Below, piece by piece: positions 1-8,747 of a stretch of 37,434 nt of DNA (its first letter is position 1; each line of letters starts with the position of its first letter). A program made the translations under genes and the position numbers. The stretch comes from Ktedonobacteria bacterium (lineage in GTDB: Bacteria; Chloroflexota; Ktedonobacteria; Ktedonobacterales; JADMIN01), in the NCBI GenBank assembly GCA_027307065.1, contig DAHUXT010000003.1, positions 1 to 37,434 of the forward strand, read 5' to 3'. The notes beneath the pieces were generated by a model. It had not been told where the DNA came from, ran no database searches, and saw nothing but the letters and a program-made list of their open reading frames with translations.

Positions 1-394
1 ACGTCACCGTGCGATCTAAACCGATCATGACCGCGTCGGGCACTTCGCCGTCACGGCCATCGCGCCACACCGGACGCAGCCCCACACGTTCCGCCATCAC
101 ATCGAGCGCGGGCACCGTTAGCAGATAGACACGGCCACCGGGGAAACGCTCGGCAATCGCCCGCACGGCCGCCTGCCCCGCCGTAAAGACTCGCTCTTCC
201 GGTCGCGGCATTCCCAGCCGCGTCAGCTTGGCGGCCACCGCTTCGGGCGTCGCGAAGGAATTGTTCGAGAGGTAGAGTGCCTGGCGCCCGGTTGCGTCGA
301 TCCATTCGACCAGTTCGCGCGCGCCGGGGAGCAGCAGATTGCCCCGATAGATGACGCCGTCGAGGTCGAGCAGATAGGTGCGATAGTCGGGCAT
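1..394 (-). CDS. HAD-IIA (NagD-like) hydrolase, runs off the window edge
   Basis: Manual translation from ATG at 394: MPDYRTYLLDLDGVIYRGNLLLPGARELVEWIDATGRQALYLSNNS...; DxD motif I and LSNNS motif II of HAD-IIA. Confidence 0.9.
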   Translation of the reverse strand, partial: MPDYRTYLLDLDGVIYRGNLLLPGARELVEWIDATGRQALYLSNNSFATPEAVAAKLTRLGMPRPEERVFTAGQAAVRAIAERFPGGRVYLLTVPALDVMAERVGLRPVWRDGRDGEVPDAVMIGLDRTVT

Positions 395-404
395 GGAGAT
401 ACTT

Positions 405-434
405 TCTAGATGTGCGCGCTCTAGATGTGCACGC
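405..434 (+). repeat. Tandem 15-bp imperfect direct repeat TCTAGATGTGC(G/A)CGC x2
   Basis: Copies at 405-419 and 420-434, one mismatch, in the dnaA/HAD spacer. Confidence 0.7.
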
Positions 435-439
435 TGTCG

Positions 440-2194
440 CTAGCCCACCAGTTGTTGGCGGATGGCCAGCACATCTTTGCGAAGCGTCGAGTTCTCGTTG
501 ACCTCGCGATTGATCTTCTCACAGCCGTGCATCACGGTGCTGTGGTCGCGTCCGCCAAGCGCCTGACCGATTTCCATCAGGGAGGCTTCCGTCTCTTGCC
601 GCATCAGATACATCGCCACCTGCCGCGGGATCACGATATGCTTGTCGCGCTGTTTGCCGCACAAATCCTCCGGCGAGATGCGATAGTGCTCGGCCACTGC
701 CTCCAGCACATCGGCGACACTGACCCTTCGCTGGCGGCCATCCGTGGCGAGGCTGGCCAGCGCGGACTTCGCAGCGTCGATCGTCAACGGCATGCCCTGC
801 AATTGCGAGTACGCCAGCAAACGATTCAGGCTACCTTCCAGCTCGCGAATGTTGCTATGTATTCTGCTGGCCAGGTATTGGATGACCTCGTCAGGCACTT
901 TGCGCTGCATCATGTCGGCCTTGGCGCTGAGAATCGCCACGCGTGTCTCCAGATCAGGTGGTTGAATATCGGCGATCAGCCCCCACTCGAAGCGCGAACG
1001 CAGCCGCTCTTCCAGACTGACGATAGCTTTCGGCGGCCGGTCGCTGCAGATGACGATTTGCCGGTTGCTCTCATACAGGCTATTGAAGGTGTGGAAGAAC
1101 TCTTCTTCGGTCGAATCTTTGCCCGCGATGAACTGGATATCGTCCACCAGCAGCAGATCTGCCGAGCGATATTTGGCGCGGAACTCCTCGGTGGTGCGAT
1201 ATCTGATGGCGTTGACGATCTCGTTGGTAAACGTCTCCGATGACACGTAGAGGACAGACATATTGCGCTCGACAGCGGTATGCCCGATCGCGTGGAGCAG
1301 GTGCGTCTTGCCCAGACCAACACCGCCATAGAGGAACAGTGGATTGTACGCCTGCCCAGGCGCCTCGGCCACCGCCAGCGATGCCGCGTGGGCAAGCTGG
1401 TTGGCGCTACCGACGATGAACGTCGAGAAAGTATATCGAGCGTTCAGGCGCGGTGGTGGAATGAACATGCTCTGTCCTCCCCCAATGGCGGAGTCGTAGT
1501 CCGCTCGTGCATCGGGAGTAGCGCGGCGTTGCGACTCACCCGCTGGTGTAGCCGAGGCGATAGGTGCCTGTCTGTCCATCGTATTCCGAGGATTGACCGA
1601 TGAAGTGGTATCAATCGCGGCGGTTCCATCAGTCCACCGATCATCCTGACCTGGCGTCTCGGGGACAACCTGATTCGACTGCCCTTCGTAGGCGTCGCGC
1701 TGATCGCCAACGTTGCCGTTTGAGCGTGTACGGTCGAGTGCGGCGCGCACACGTTGGCTTCGGCTGGCGGCCATGGTAGGTGGCAATGATTGCCGCGCCG
1801 AAGACCCCCCCAGTACACGCGAAGCGGCGGCCGGAGGATCATCCGGAGTTGCGAAGAGCGCTGGCCGGTCATACGCAGATTCTGGCTGTGCGCTCGTGCG
1901 CCGGGGGCCAGAACGCCGGTCGAAATCGCCACTGGCAAGGTCGGTGTCACCCGCGACCACCGCGATCTGCAGCGCAAACGGTTCCCCCGCGATATCCGCG
2001 ATGGCCGCCTCGATCCGGTCACGATAGCGCGTCTCCAGCATATCTTTGGCAAACGTCGTGCGCACCCGTAGCACACAGTCGCCAGCATCGTTGAGCGCGA
2101 GCTGCGTACCGCGAAGCCAGGTGTCGAACTGCGCGCGCGAGAGTTCGCGACGCAGCCGTTCGAGCGCCGCCCGCCACACGTGTGCCGTATTCAC
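440..2194 (-). CDS. dnaA: Chromosomal replication initiator DnaA with long domain II
   Basis: Domain I (FDTW), Walker A GGVGLGKTHLL, LLVDDIQF, RLRSRFEWG, NIRELEG, domain IV GGRDHSTVMH; GTG start with AAGGA RBS. Confidence 0.97.
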   Translation of the reverse strand: MNTAHVWRAALERLRRELSRAQFDTWLRGTQLALNDAGDCVLRVRTTFAKDMLETRYRDRIEAAIADIAGEPFALQIAVVAGDTDLASGDFDRRSGPRRTSAQPESAYDRPALFATPDDPPAAASRVLGGSSARQSLPPTMAASRSQRVRAALDRTRSNGNVGDQRDAYEGQSNQVVPETPGQDDRWTDGTAAIDTTSSVNPRNTMDRQAPIASATPAGESQRRATPDARADYDSAIGGGQSMFIPPPRLNARYTFSTFIVGSANQLAHAASLAVAEAPGQAYNPLFLYGGVGLGKTHLLHAIGHTAVERNMSVLYVSSETFTNEIVNAIRYRTTEEFRAKYRSADLLLVDDIQFIAGKDSTEEEFFHTFNSLYESNRQIVICSDRPPKAIVSLEERLRSRFEWGLIADIQPPDLETRVAILSAKADMMQRKVPDEVIQYLASRIHSNIRELEGSLNRLLAYSQLQGMPLTIDAAKSALASLATDGRQRRVSVADVLEAVAEHYRISPEDLCGKQRDKHIVIPRQVAMYLMRQETEASLMEIGQALGGRDHSTVMHGCEKINREVNENSTLRKDVLAIRQQLVG

Positions 2195-2589
2195 GGGATA
2201 TCCTTTATCTTGACCTGCGCGAGTGAGCGCGTAGATTGGGTGCAGCTACGGGTCTCGCCGTTCGAGGGCAGCCAGCGCTGCCCGGCAGGTCATCGCCCGA
2301 CAGTGCAGGAAATAGTACACGACTTGCCTGCCAGCCTGCAAGCGCCCCACCTGATTTGGCCCAATTGTCTGGTTGATGAACTGCCGCTACAGCGTACAAC
2401 GTACGGCGCCCTCATAGTGTTACCCAGCGACGTAATTCTGCTGAACCGGCTACGCGTTGCTTGACACACGCAGGTCCATCTCTTTATGCTGAGCGCAACA
2501 ATGCCGATGGATTCTTCGACCCTACATTTCCCCGATGATGAGCGCGCAGCGGAAATTGCGCCTGAACCACTCAATGAGGAGGCACGACG

Positions 2590-3363
2590 ATGGCAGGTAG
2601 ACTCGACGGTCGGGTGGCGCTGGTCACTGGTGGGGCACGTGGCATCGGCGCAGCGACTGCGACGCGACTGGCTGCCGATGGCGCGCTCGTAGCGCTCGCC
2701 GACCTGGATGAGTCACAGGCGCAAGATACCGCCCGCCAGATCGACGCCTCGGGTGAACGGGCGCTGGGGATTGGCTGCAATGTCGCGGAAAGCGCGCAGG
2801 TGCAGCAGATGGTCGATCGCACGTTAGAGCGTTTTGGCCGGCTGGACATCCTCGTCAATAATGCTGGCATTACCCGCGACAATCTGCTCTTCAAGATGGG
2901 TGAAGATGAGTGGGACGCCGTGATCGCCGTCCATCTGCGCGGAGCCTTCCTCTGCGCACGCGCCGCGCAGAAGCCGATGGTCGAGCAGAAATATGGCCGC
3001 ATTATCAGCCTTTCATCCGTCTCCGCGCTGGGCAATCGCGGCCAGGTCAATTATTCGGCGGCAAAGGCTGGACTGCAGGGGTTGACTCGCACACTCGCTA
3101 TCGAGTTGGGGCCGTTCGGCATCACTGCCAATGCTGTCGCTCCTGGCTTCATTGATACCGACATGACACGCGCCACTGCCGAGCGCATGGGGCTGACGCC
3201 AGAGCAGGCACATGCGGGCGCGTCGGCGCGTATTCCGCTGCGGCGGGTTGGGCAGCCGAGCGAGGTCGCATCGGTCATCGCGTTCCTGGCCTCCGACGAC
3301 GCGAGTTACGTCAGCGGGCAGATTATCTACGTCAACGGCGGCCCAGCGGGGCTCTCGATGTAG
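2590..3363 (+). CDS. Short-chain dehydrogenase/reductase, 3-oxoacyl-ACP/CoA reductase (FabG-like)
   Basis: TGGARGIG, NNAGITRD, YSAAK; GAGGAGG RBS. Confidence 0.93.
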   Translation: MAGRLDGRVALVTGGARGIGAATATRLAADGALVALADLDESQAQDTARQIDASGERALGIGCNVAESAQVQQMVDRTLERFGRLDILVNNAGITRDNLLFKMGEDEWDAVIAVHLRGAFLCARAAQKPMVEQKYGRIISLSSVSALGNRGQVNYSAAKAGLQGLTRTLAIELGPFGITANAVAPGFIDTDMTRATAERMGLTPEQAHAGASARIPLRRVGQPSEVASVIAFLASDDASYVSGQIIYVNGGPAGLSM

Positions 3364-3458
3364 CTCAGAGTCATATCAGCACACTGTAGCATCAAGTCTC
3401 GATTACGCCTCGTAGTGTTCCGAACGACCGGAAGTCTTCACGACGACAGGAGCGCACC

Positions 3459-4988
3459 ATGAACCTGGGCGAGATGCTAGCGCAGACGGCGAAGGCGACA
3501 CCAGACAAGACGGCGATCATTTTTCACGATCAACGAACCTCATATCGTGAGTTCGACGAGCGCGCTAATCAGATAGCGAATGGACTGATCCAGCTTGGCA
3601 TCGAGCCCGGCGACCGCGTAGCGCTCTATATCCACAACTTGCCAATCTTCATGGAAGCGTATTACGGCATTCTGCGGGCAGTCGCGTCGGTCGTGCCATT
3701 CAATGTGCTGTACAAGGCTGGTGAGGTCGAATACATCCTCAACGATAGCGGCGCCAAAGCGCTTCTGACCTTCGCCCCGTTCGCACCCGTTGCGTTGGCT
3801 GCCGCGGCGAACGCACCTGACCTGCGCCACATCATCGTCGCCGCGCCAGAGCCGATTCAGGGCGCTACACTCTGGCGGGATTCATTCGCCAACGCGCCAA
3901 CGACCGCACCGAATACCACAGTGCAGGACGAGGACGTAGCAGTCATCTGCTACACCTCTGGCACGACAGGCCACCCCAAAGGCGCGATGTTGACGCACCG
4001 CAATCTGGTCTCGAATTGCGAGCAGTGCAGCGTCATTGAAAAGATTGCCACCCGCCCGGACGATGTCATCTGGTTGGCACTGCCGCTGTTCCATATTTAC
4101 GCGATGAACGTTGGCATGAACCTGACCGTACTGCACGGAGCGACCATCAACCTGATCGAGCGCTTCGACCTGACGGGCAGCCTGGCGGAACTTCAGAAGA
4201 ATCGCTGCACGGTGCTCTACGGCGCGCCGCCCATGTTTGTCGGTTGGGCGCAGGTGCCAACTCTCAAAGACTACGACTTGTCTACAGTTCGCTATATCGC
4301 GTCGGGCGCAGCGGCCTTGCCCGTTCGCATCATGGAGTTGTTCGAGAGCATGGCGGGCGTACCCATCAGCGAGGGGTATGGACTCACAGAGGCGTCTCCG
4401 GTCGTCACCAGCAACGCCGCAGGTCCGGTCGTCAAGCCGGGCACGGTTGGTCCAGCGATCCCCGGCTGCGAAGTCAAGATCGTGGACGAGGCTCGCAACG
4501 AAGCGCCACGAGGTCAATTGGGCGAGGTCATCTGTCGCGGCCACATGGTCATGAAGGGCTACGACGGGGAGCCGGAGGCGACCGCGAGAGCGATCGATGC
4601 CGACGGCTGGCTGCATACCGGCGATCTGGGCACGATGGACGACGACGGCTACATCAGCATCGTGGATCGCATCAAGGATATGATCAACGTCTCCGGCTAC
4701 AATGTCTATCCGCGTGAGGTTGAGGAGACGCTGTTCAAACATCCAGCAGTCGCGGACGCAGCGGTGGTACAGTATCCTGACCCGTACCAGGGCGAGTCTG
4801 TGCTGGCATATGTCGTGCTGAAGCAGGGCGCGAGCGCCACCGAGCAGGAGATCATCGACTACTGCCGTAGTGAAATCGCCGTCTTCAAGTGTCCGCGCAA
4901 AGTCATCTTTACCGATGCGTTGCCCAAGAATAGTACCGGCAAAGTGCTGCGGCGCGAACTGCGCGAGAAGGCAACGCAGGGCGTCTAG
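3459..4988 (+). CDS. Long-chain fatty acid--CoA ligase (AMP-binding family)
   Basis: YTSGTTGHPKG, EGYGLTE, LHTGDLG, LPKNSTGKVLRR. Confidence 0.93.
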   Translation: MNLGEMLAQTAKATPDKTAIIFHDQRTSYREFDERANQIANGLIQLGIEPGDRVALYIHNLPIFMEAYYGILRAVASVVPFNVLYKAGEVEYILNDSGAKALLTFAPFAPVALAAAANAPDLRHIIVAAPEPIQGATLWRDSFANAPTTAPNTTVQDEDVAVICYTSGTTGHPKGAMLTHRNLVSNCEQCSVIEKIATRPDDVIWLALPLFHIYAMNVGMNLTVLHGATINLIERFDLTGSLAELQKNRCTVLYGAPPMFVGWAQVPTLKDYDLSTVRYIASGAAALPVRIMELFESMAGVPISEGYGLTEASPVVTSNAAGPVVKPGTVGPAIPGCEVKIVDEARNEAPRGQLGEVICRGHMVMKGYDGEPEATARAIDADGWLHTGDLGTMDDDGYISIVDRIKDMINVSGYNVYPREVEETLFKHPAVADAAVVQYPDPYQGESVLAYVVLKQGASATEQEIIDYCRSEIAVFKCPRKVIFTDALPKNSTGKVLRRELREKATQGV

Positions 4989-5076
4989 CGCGGATCGTGG
5001 GCAGACGCGCGAAGACGTGACATGCCCCAGGCATGCGCCAAACAGCACAATACGATGCTCGCGTAAGGAGAAAGCG

Positions 5077-5355
5077 ATGGTTACAGCGCTCGTCTTGATG
5101 AATGTCGAGCGGTCCGCGGTCAACTCCACCGCCCAACAACTACTCGCCATTCCTGGGGTAAGCGAGGTCTACTCCGTAACGGGCGAGTACGATCTCGTGG
5201 CGGTATTGCATCTGGCGAAGTACGAGGATCTGGCAAACGTCGTCACCGAGCGCATGATCGCGCTCAGCGGCATTACGCACACGCAGACCATGATGGCGTT
5301 CAAGGCCTACTCGCGTGAGGACCTTGAGCAGGCGTGGGACATCGGCGTCGAATAA
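5077..5355 (+). CDS. Stand-alone Lrp/AsnC ligand-binding domain protein (92 aa)
   Basis: ATG 5077 after AAGGAG; IPGVSEVYSVTGEYDLVA motif; no HTH. Confidence 0.88.
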   Translation: MVTALVLMNVERSAVNSTAQQLLAIPGVSEVYSVTGEYDLVAVLHLAKYEDLANVVTERMIALSGITHTQTMMAFKAYSREDLEQAWDIGVE

Positions 5356-5364
5356 CCAACCGCG

Positions 5365-5916
5365 CTAACTGCGACGTTCTCCCCGGCCGCGTGACTTTTT
5401 CGGCGCGCGCCGGGGATTGCCTTTACGCGAATGGCTTGGCGGATCATCCTCCACTGCCTCCGACTGCCGTCGCACATAGGCGGCGTGCTTCATCCGCTTG
5501 GCCGTATATTTGTCGGGCGCATTCAGCGCCTGGGTCGCCTGCGCGACGGAGATGTGCGACGTCTCGCTGGTCGCGGTTTTGTCGCGAATTTCTAGATCGT
5601 TCGTGCATATCACCACGGGAAACCCACCTGAGACGGCCTCGTCGTGCAACCGCACAATGACCTCGTCGGCAGATATGCCGCGCTGCGTGAAAATGCACTG
5701 GCCGCCTGCCAGCCCCTTAATCGCGTACGTCACCTCGCGCTCGCCGTCACCATCGAAGACGACGCTGACTCTGTGGGGCGTACCACGAAATTTCGTTCGC
5801 ACCATGTGCAGCAGATTCTCGCGTGCGGTGACCAGCGCGACACCATCCTCCGGCCGCAAGCCACGCGTGTTGCGGGTGACGTTGTAGCCGTCGATAAGGA
5901 TGGTGCGCGGGTGCAT
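5365..5916 (-). CDS. NYN-domain ribonuclease (YacP/Rae1-like)
   Basis: ILIDGYNV, VVFDG, SADEVI, ICTNDLEI motifs; follows rlmB. Confidence 0.88.
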   Translation of the reverse strand: MHPRTILIDGYNVTRNTRGLRPEDGVALVTARENLLHMVRTKFRGTPHRVSVVFDGDGEREVTYAIKGLAGGQCIFTQRGISADEVIVRLHDEAVSGGFPVVICTNDLEIRDKTATSETSHISVAQATQALNAPDKYTAKRMKHAAYVRRQSEAVEDDPPSHSRKGNPRRAPKKSRGRGERRS

Positions 5917-5923
5917 GATACGC

Positions 5924-6706
5924 CTACTCTTCCGCCGAGGCCGCCTCGGCGACCGGAGCAGCTGCGGGTTGGTTCCAGCCGCGTTGCCGCAGAATCTCAT
6001 ACAGCGCCACGGATCCGGCGACCGCCGCGTTGAGTGAGCCAATGTGGCCGCGCATCGGCAACTTGATCAGTTGATCGCAGTGCTGGCGCGCCAGTCGACT
6101 GATGCCCTTCGCCTCGTTGCCGACGACCAGCGCGATTGGCCCCTTCAAATTGGCCTGGTCGTAGGTGATGTCGGCATCGCCGTCCAGCCCGATACACCAC
6201 AACCCTTTGCGCTTCAGGTCATCGAGCGTGCGCGTCAGGTTCGTCACCCGCGCCACTGGCAGAAATTCGACCGCACCCGCCGACGTTTTATCTACCGCTG
6301 GCGTTAGGCCCGCGGCGCGATGCTCTGGGATGACGATGCCATGTGCGCCGACCGCTTCAGCCGTGCGAATCAGTGAGCCGAGATTCTGCACGTCCTGGAT
6401 CGCGTCCAGCACGACGACGAGCGGCTCCTCGCCTAACTCCTGCGCCCGCGCCAGAATATCATCGAGCTCGGCGTATTCGCGCGGTGCGGTGAGCGCCAGC
6501 ACCCCCTGGTGATTCGAGTTTTTGCTCAGATCGTCCAGCCGCCGCCGCGAGACGGTTTCCACCACCACGCCGACCCGCCGCGCCTGATCCTGTATCTGCG
6601 TCAGCGCCGGATCACGCGGCCCTTGCGCGATCAATACCCGATGCACTCGGCGGCGCGAGCGGAGCGCCTCCAGCACGGGAAAGCGCCCCCACACGTATTC
6701 CGCCAT
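5924..6706 (-). CDS. rlmB: 23S rRNA (Gm2251) 2'-O-methyltransferase
   Basis: HQGV, DVQNLGSLIRTA, VVGNEAKG, SLNAAVA SPOUT motifs; cysS-rlmB context. Confidence 0.93.
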   Translation of the reverse strand: MAEYVWGRFPVLEALRSRRRVHRVLIAQGPRDPALTQIQDQARRVGVVVETVSRRRLDDLSKNSNHQGVLALTAPREYAELDDILARAQELGEEPLVVVLDAIQDVQNLGSLIRTAEAVGAHGIVIPEHRAAGLTPAVDKTSAGAVEFLPVARVTNLTRTLDDLKRKGLWCIGLDGDADITYDQANLKGPIALVVGNEAKGISRLARQHCDQLIKLPMRGHIGSLNAAVAGSVALYEILRQRGWNQPAAAPVAEAASAEE

Positions 6707-6752
6707 TATGTTGCTTCACTTTCTGCTTCAATTCGGACAGCTATTCGTCGCG

Positions 6753-8240
6753 TCACGATTCGCGCTGCGACCACGTTGGCCCCTGCGGTGTATCCTTGAC
6801 AACTACATTCCAGTCGTTTTCGAGCACGTTGCGGATACGATCCGCCTCGGCCCAATCTTTACGTGCGCGGGCGGCCGTGCGTTCCGCCACCAACGCATCA
6901 ATCGTTGCGCGCGCCTCGTCATCGAGTGTCTGCTCTGGCGCTACGTCGTCGAGCACGATGCCCAGCACACCCGCTAGCTCGTTGAGCATGGTAGCCGCCG
7001 TCCCCAACGCGTGCGCGGCGCCCGCCGGGGCGTGGTCACCGCCCAGACTGTGCGCGTAATCGTTGGTGCGATGCGCCAATTCGTCGAGTACGCTCAGCGC
7101 CAGCGAGGTATTGAAGTCGTCGTCCATCGCCGCCACGAACTCATCATGCGCGGTCTTGACCGCAGCCAGCAATTCGGCCTCGGCCGTGCCATGTTCGCCA
7201 CTGTGAGCGTCGGCTGCCTCGCGCTCCGCCGCCCACGCCTTCAGGCGCAGGGCTGTGTTCCGCGCCTCCACCCAACGACGCCACCGGCCAATCGTGCCGC
7301 GTAGCTGTTCCTCCGAGAACATCAGGTTGGCGTGGTAATGCGTGCCGAGCAGATAGGCGCGCAGCGCTGGCGGCGGGATATTTGCCTGCTCCAGCGTCGA
7401 GCGGATAGTGATGAACTTGCCGGAGTGGGCAATCTTTTCCTCTCTGCCCTCCTCGCCAAGCATCGTGAGCATGCCTGTATGCACCCAATAGCGCACAAAG
7501 GGCTCTTTGCCGGTGAAACTTTCGCTCTGGGCAATCTCGTTCTCATGATGCGGGAAGATCAGATCTGTGCCGCCGCCATGAATGTCGATCTGGTCGCCAA
7601 GCGATTCGCGCGCCATTGTCGAGCATTCGATATGCCAGCCGGGCCGGCCCTTTCCCCACGGACTCTCCCACCATGGCTCGCCTGGTTTGGCTGACTTCCA
7701 CAGCGCGAAGTCACGCGGATCATGCTTGCGCTCGTCCGGCTCGATGCGCGCTCCCGCCGCCATCGCCTCTTCGTTGCGACCTGAGAGGCGTCCATAACTC
7801 GGAAAGCTCGGCACGGAGAAGTAGACGTCACCTTCGAGTTCATACGCGTGGCCACGGTCGATAAGGCCCTGCACCATCTCGATGATCTGCGGGATGTACT
7901 GGGTAACATAGGTGAACTCGTCGGCGCGCTGTACATTGAGCGCGTCCATCTCGCGGAAGTACGAGTCCATGTAGCGCTGAGCCGCCTCGAACGGAGAGAT
8001 GCCCTCGCGCAAGCCCGCGGCAATAGTCTTGTCGTCGATATCAGTGAAGTTCTGGATATATTTGACTGGATAGTCACGATAGGCCAGATAGCGGCGCACC
8101 ATATCGTTGACGATGAAGAGTCGCGCATGGCCGAGGTGCGGCTCGTTCTTGGGCGTCAGGCCGCAGACATACATTCGCACTGGCAGACTTATCGGCTCGA
8201 ACGGTTCCTTGCGCCCAGATTCAGTGTTGTAGATGTGCAT
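6753..8240 (-). CDS. cysS: Cysteine--tRNA ligase (atypical KMSKS loop)
   Basis: MYVCG, HLGH, NFTDIDDK, GRPGWHIECS, DIHGGGTDLIFPHHENE, MDDDFNT, C-terminal ADRIR anticodon domain. Confidence 0.95.
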   Translation of the reverse strand: MHIYNTESGRKEPFEPISLPVRMYVCGLTPKNEPHLGHARLFIVNDMVRRYLAYRDYPVKYIQNFTDIDDKTIAAGLREGISPFEAAQRYMDSYFREMDALNVQRADEFTYVTQYIPQIIEMVQGLIDRGHAYELEGDVYFSVPSFPSYGRLSGRNEEAMAAGARIEPDERKHDPRDFALWKSAKPGEPWWESPWGKGRPGWHIECSTMARESLGDQIDIHGGGTDLIFPHHENEIAQSESFTGKEPFVRYWVHTGMLTMLGEEGREEKIAHSGKFITIRSTLEQANIPPPALRAYLLGTHYHANLMFSEEQLRGTIGRWRRWVEARNTALRLKAWAAEREAADAHSGEHGTAEAELLAAVKTAHDEFVAAMDDDFNTSLALSVLDELAHRTNDYAHSLGGDHAPAGAAHALGTAATMLNELAGVLGIVLDDVAPEQTLDDEARATIDALVAERTAARARKDWAEADRIRNVLENDWNVVVKDTPQGPTWSQRES

Positions 8241-8419
8241 CGTGTATTCTCCAATTGGTGATGCTGCTCACATCAAATCGTTTACGCCCTGTACGCCTTC
8301 GAAGGCGGCTGCGGGCCGTCAATGCCCGACGCTAGGCGTATGTTGGATTCGGGTTTCGTCGGCGCTTACCGCCTGCCAGGTGATGCCATCGTCAGGACAG
8401 CACATCGCATCCAGCAGGC

Positions 8420-8536
8420 CTACATACACAGCGCCGAGCACTGGCAGCAGAGAAGACACGAAAAAACCGGGAGCCTCCTGGCGTCCCGTTGCCGCAACGA
8501 TGAGGATGTTCGACGCGCATAGGATTCAGGCGTCAT
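8420..8536 (-). CDS. Putative Cys-rich leader peptide (38 aa) upstream of cysS
   Basis: MTPESYARRTSSSLRQRDARRLPVFSCLLCCQCSALCM*; 5 Cys in 11 codons, overlapping a nested hairpin; may instead be the shadow frame of a gene remnant. Confidence 0.4.
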   Translation of the reverse strand: MTPESYARRTSSSLRQRDARRLPVFSCLLCCQCSALCM

Positions 8537-8618
8537 GCAGTCAATCGCTCCAGATACATTCGCGACGACCCGCGGCTATGAGTACGCGGCTTCCGTCTCC
8601 AGAATAATGTCACCCTGA

Positions 8619-8627
8619 AGTATAGCA
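8619..8627 (-). promoter_or_regulatory. Extended -10 promoter candidate (TG-C-TATACT) for the cysS leader
   Basis: Reverse complement of AGTATAGCA at 8619-8627. Confidence 0.5.
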
Positions 8628-8747
8628 CAGCAGCCGGAGCGTTTCCTACGTTGCCCACGTCGCGGAGCTTTGTGATAATGGGAGTAGCAGGCGCTACAAT
8701 ATGCGTCGTAGCAGATGAACCAGGCATATTAGGGAAGGCGACGCACG

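Noticed and set aside
405-434. Functional meaning for the 15-bp tandem repeat between dnaA and the HAD gene
   Set aside because: Only two copies and no similarity to DnaA boxes; a simple slippage duplication is enough to explain it.
2195-2589. oriC next to dnaA
   Set aside because: No DnaA-box cluster or AT-rich unwinding element; isolated near-matches elsewhere (around 3628 and 27470) lie inside genes.
6753-8240. MshC-like cysteine ligase instead of CysRS (CGxTP motif)
   Set aside because: The anticodon-binding C-terminal domain is present and the gene sits in the canonical cysS-rlmB context.
8318-8520. Minus-strand frame resembling an Asp-box/BNR repeat fragment (VSSLLPVLGAVYVGLLDAMCCPDDGITWQAV)
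   Set aside because: Bounded by stops, no clear start and only one degenerate repeat; not annotated, but kept as the alternative to the leader-peptide hypothesis.
8241-8620. T-box riboswitch upstream of cysS
   Set aside because: No UGGN-ACC antiterminator bulge or Stem I AG-bulge motifs found by eye; an Rfam scan would settle it.
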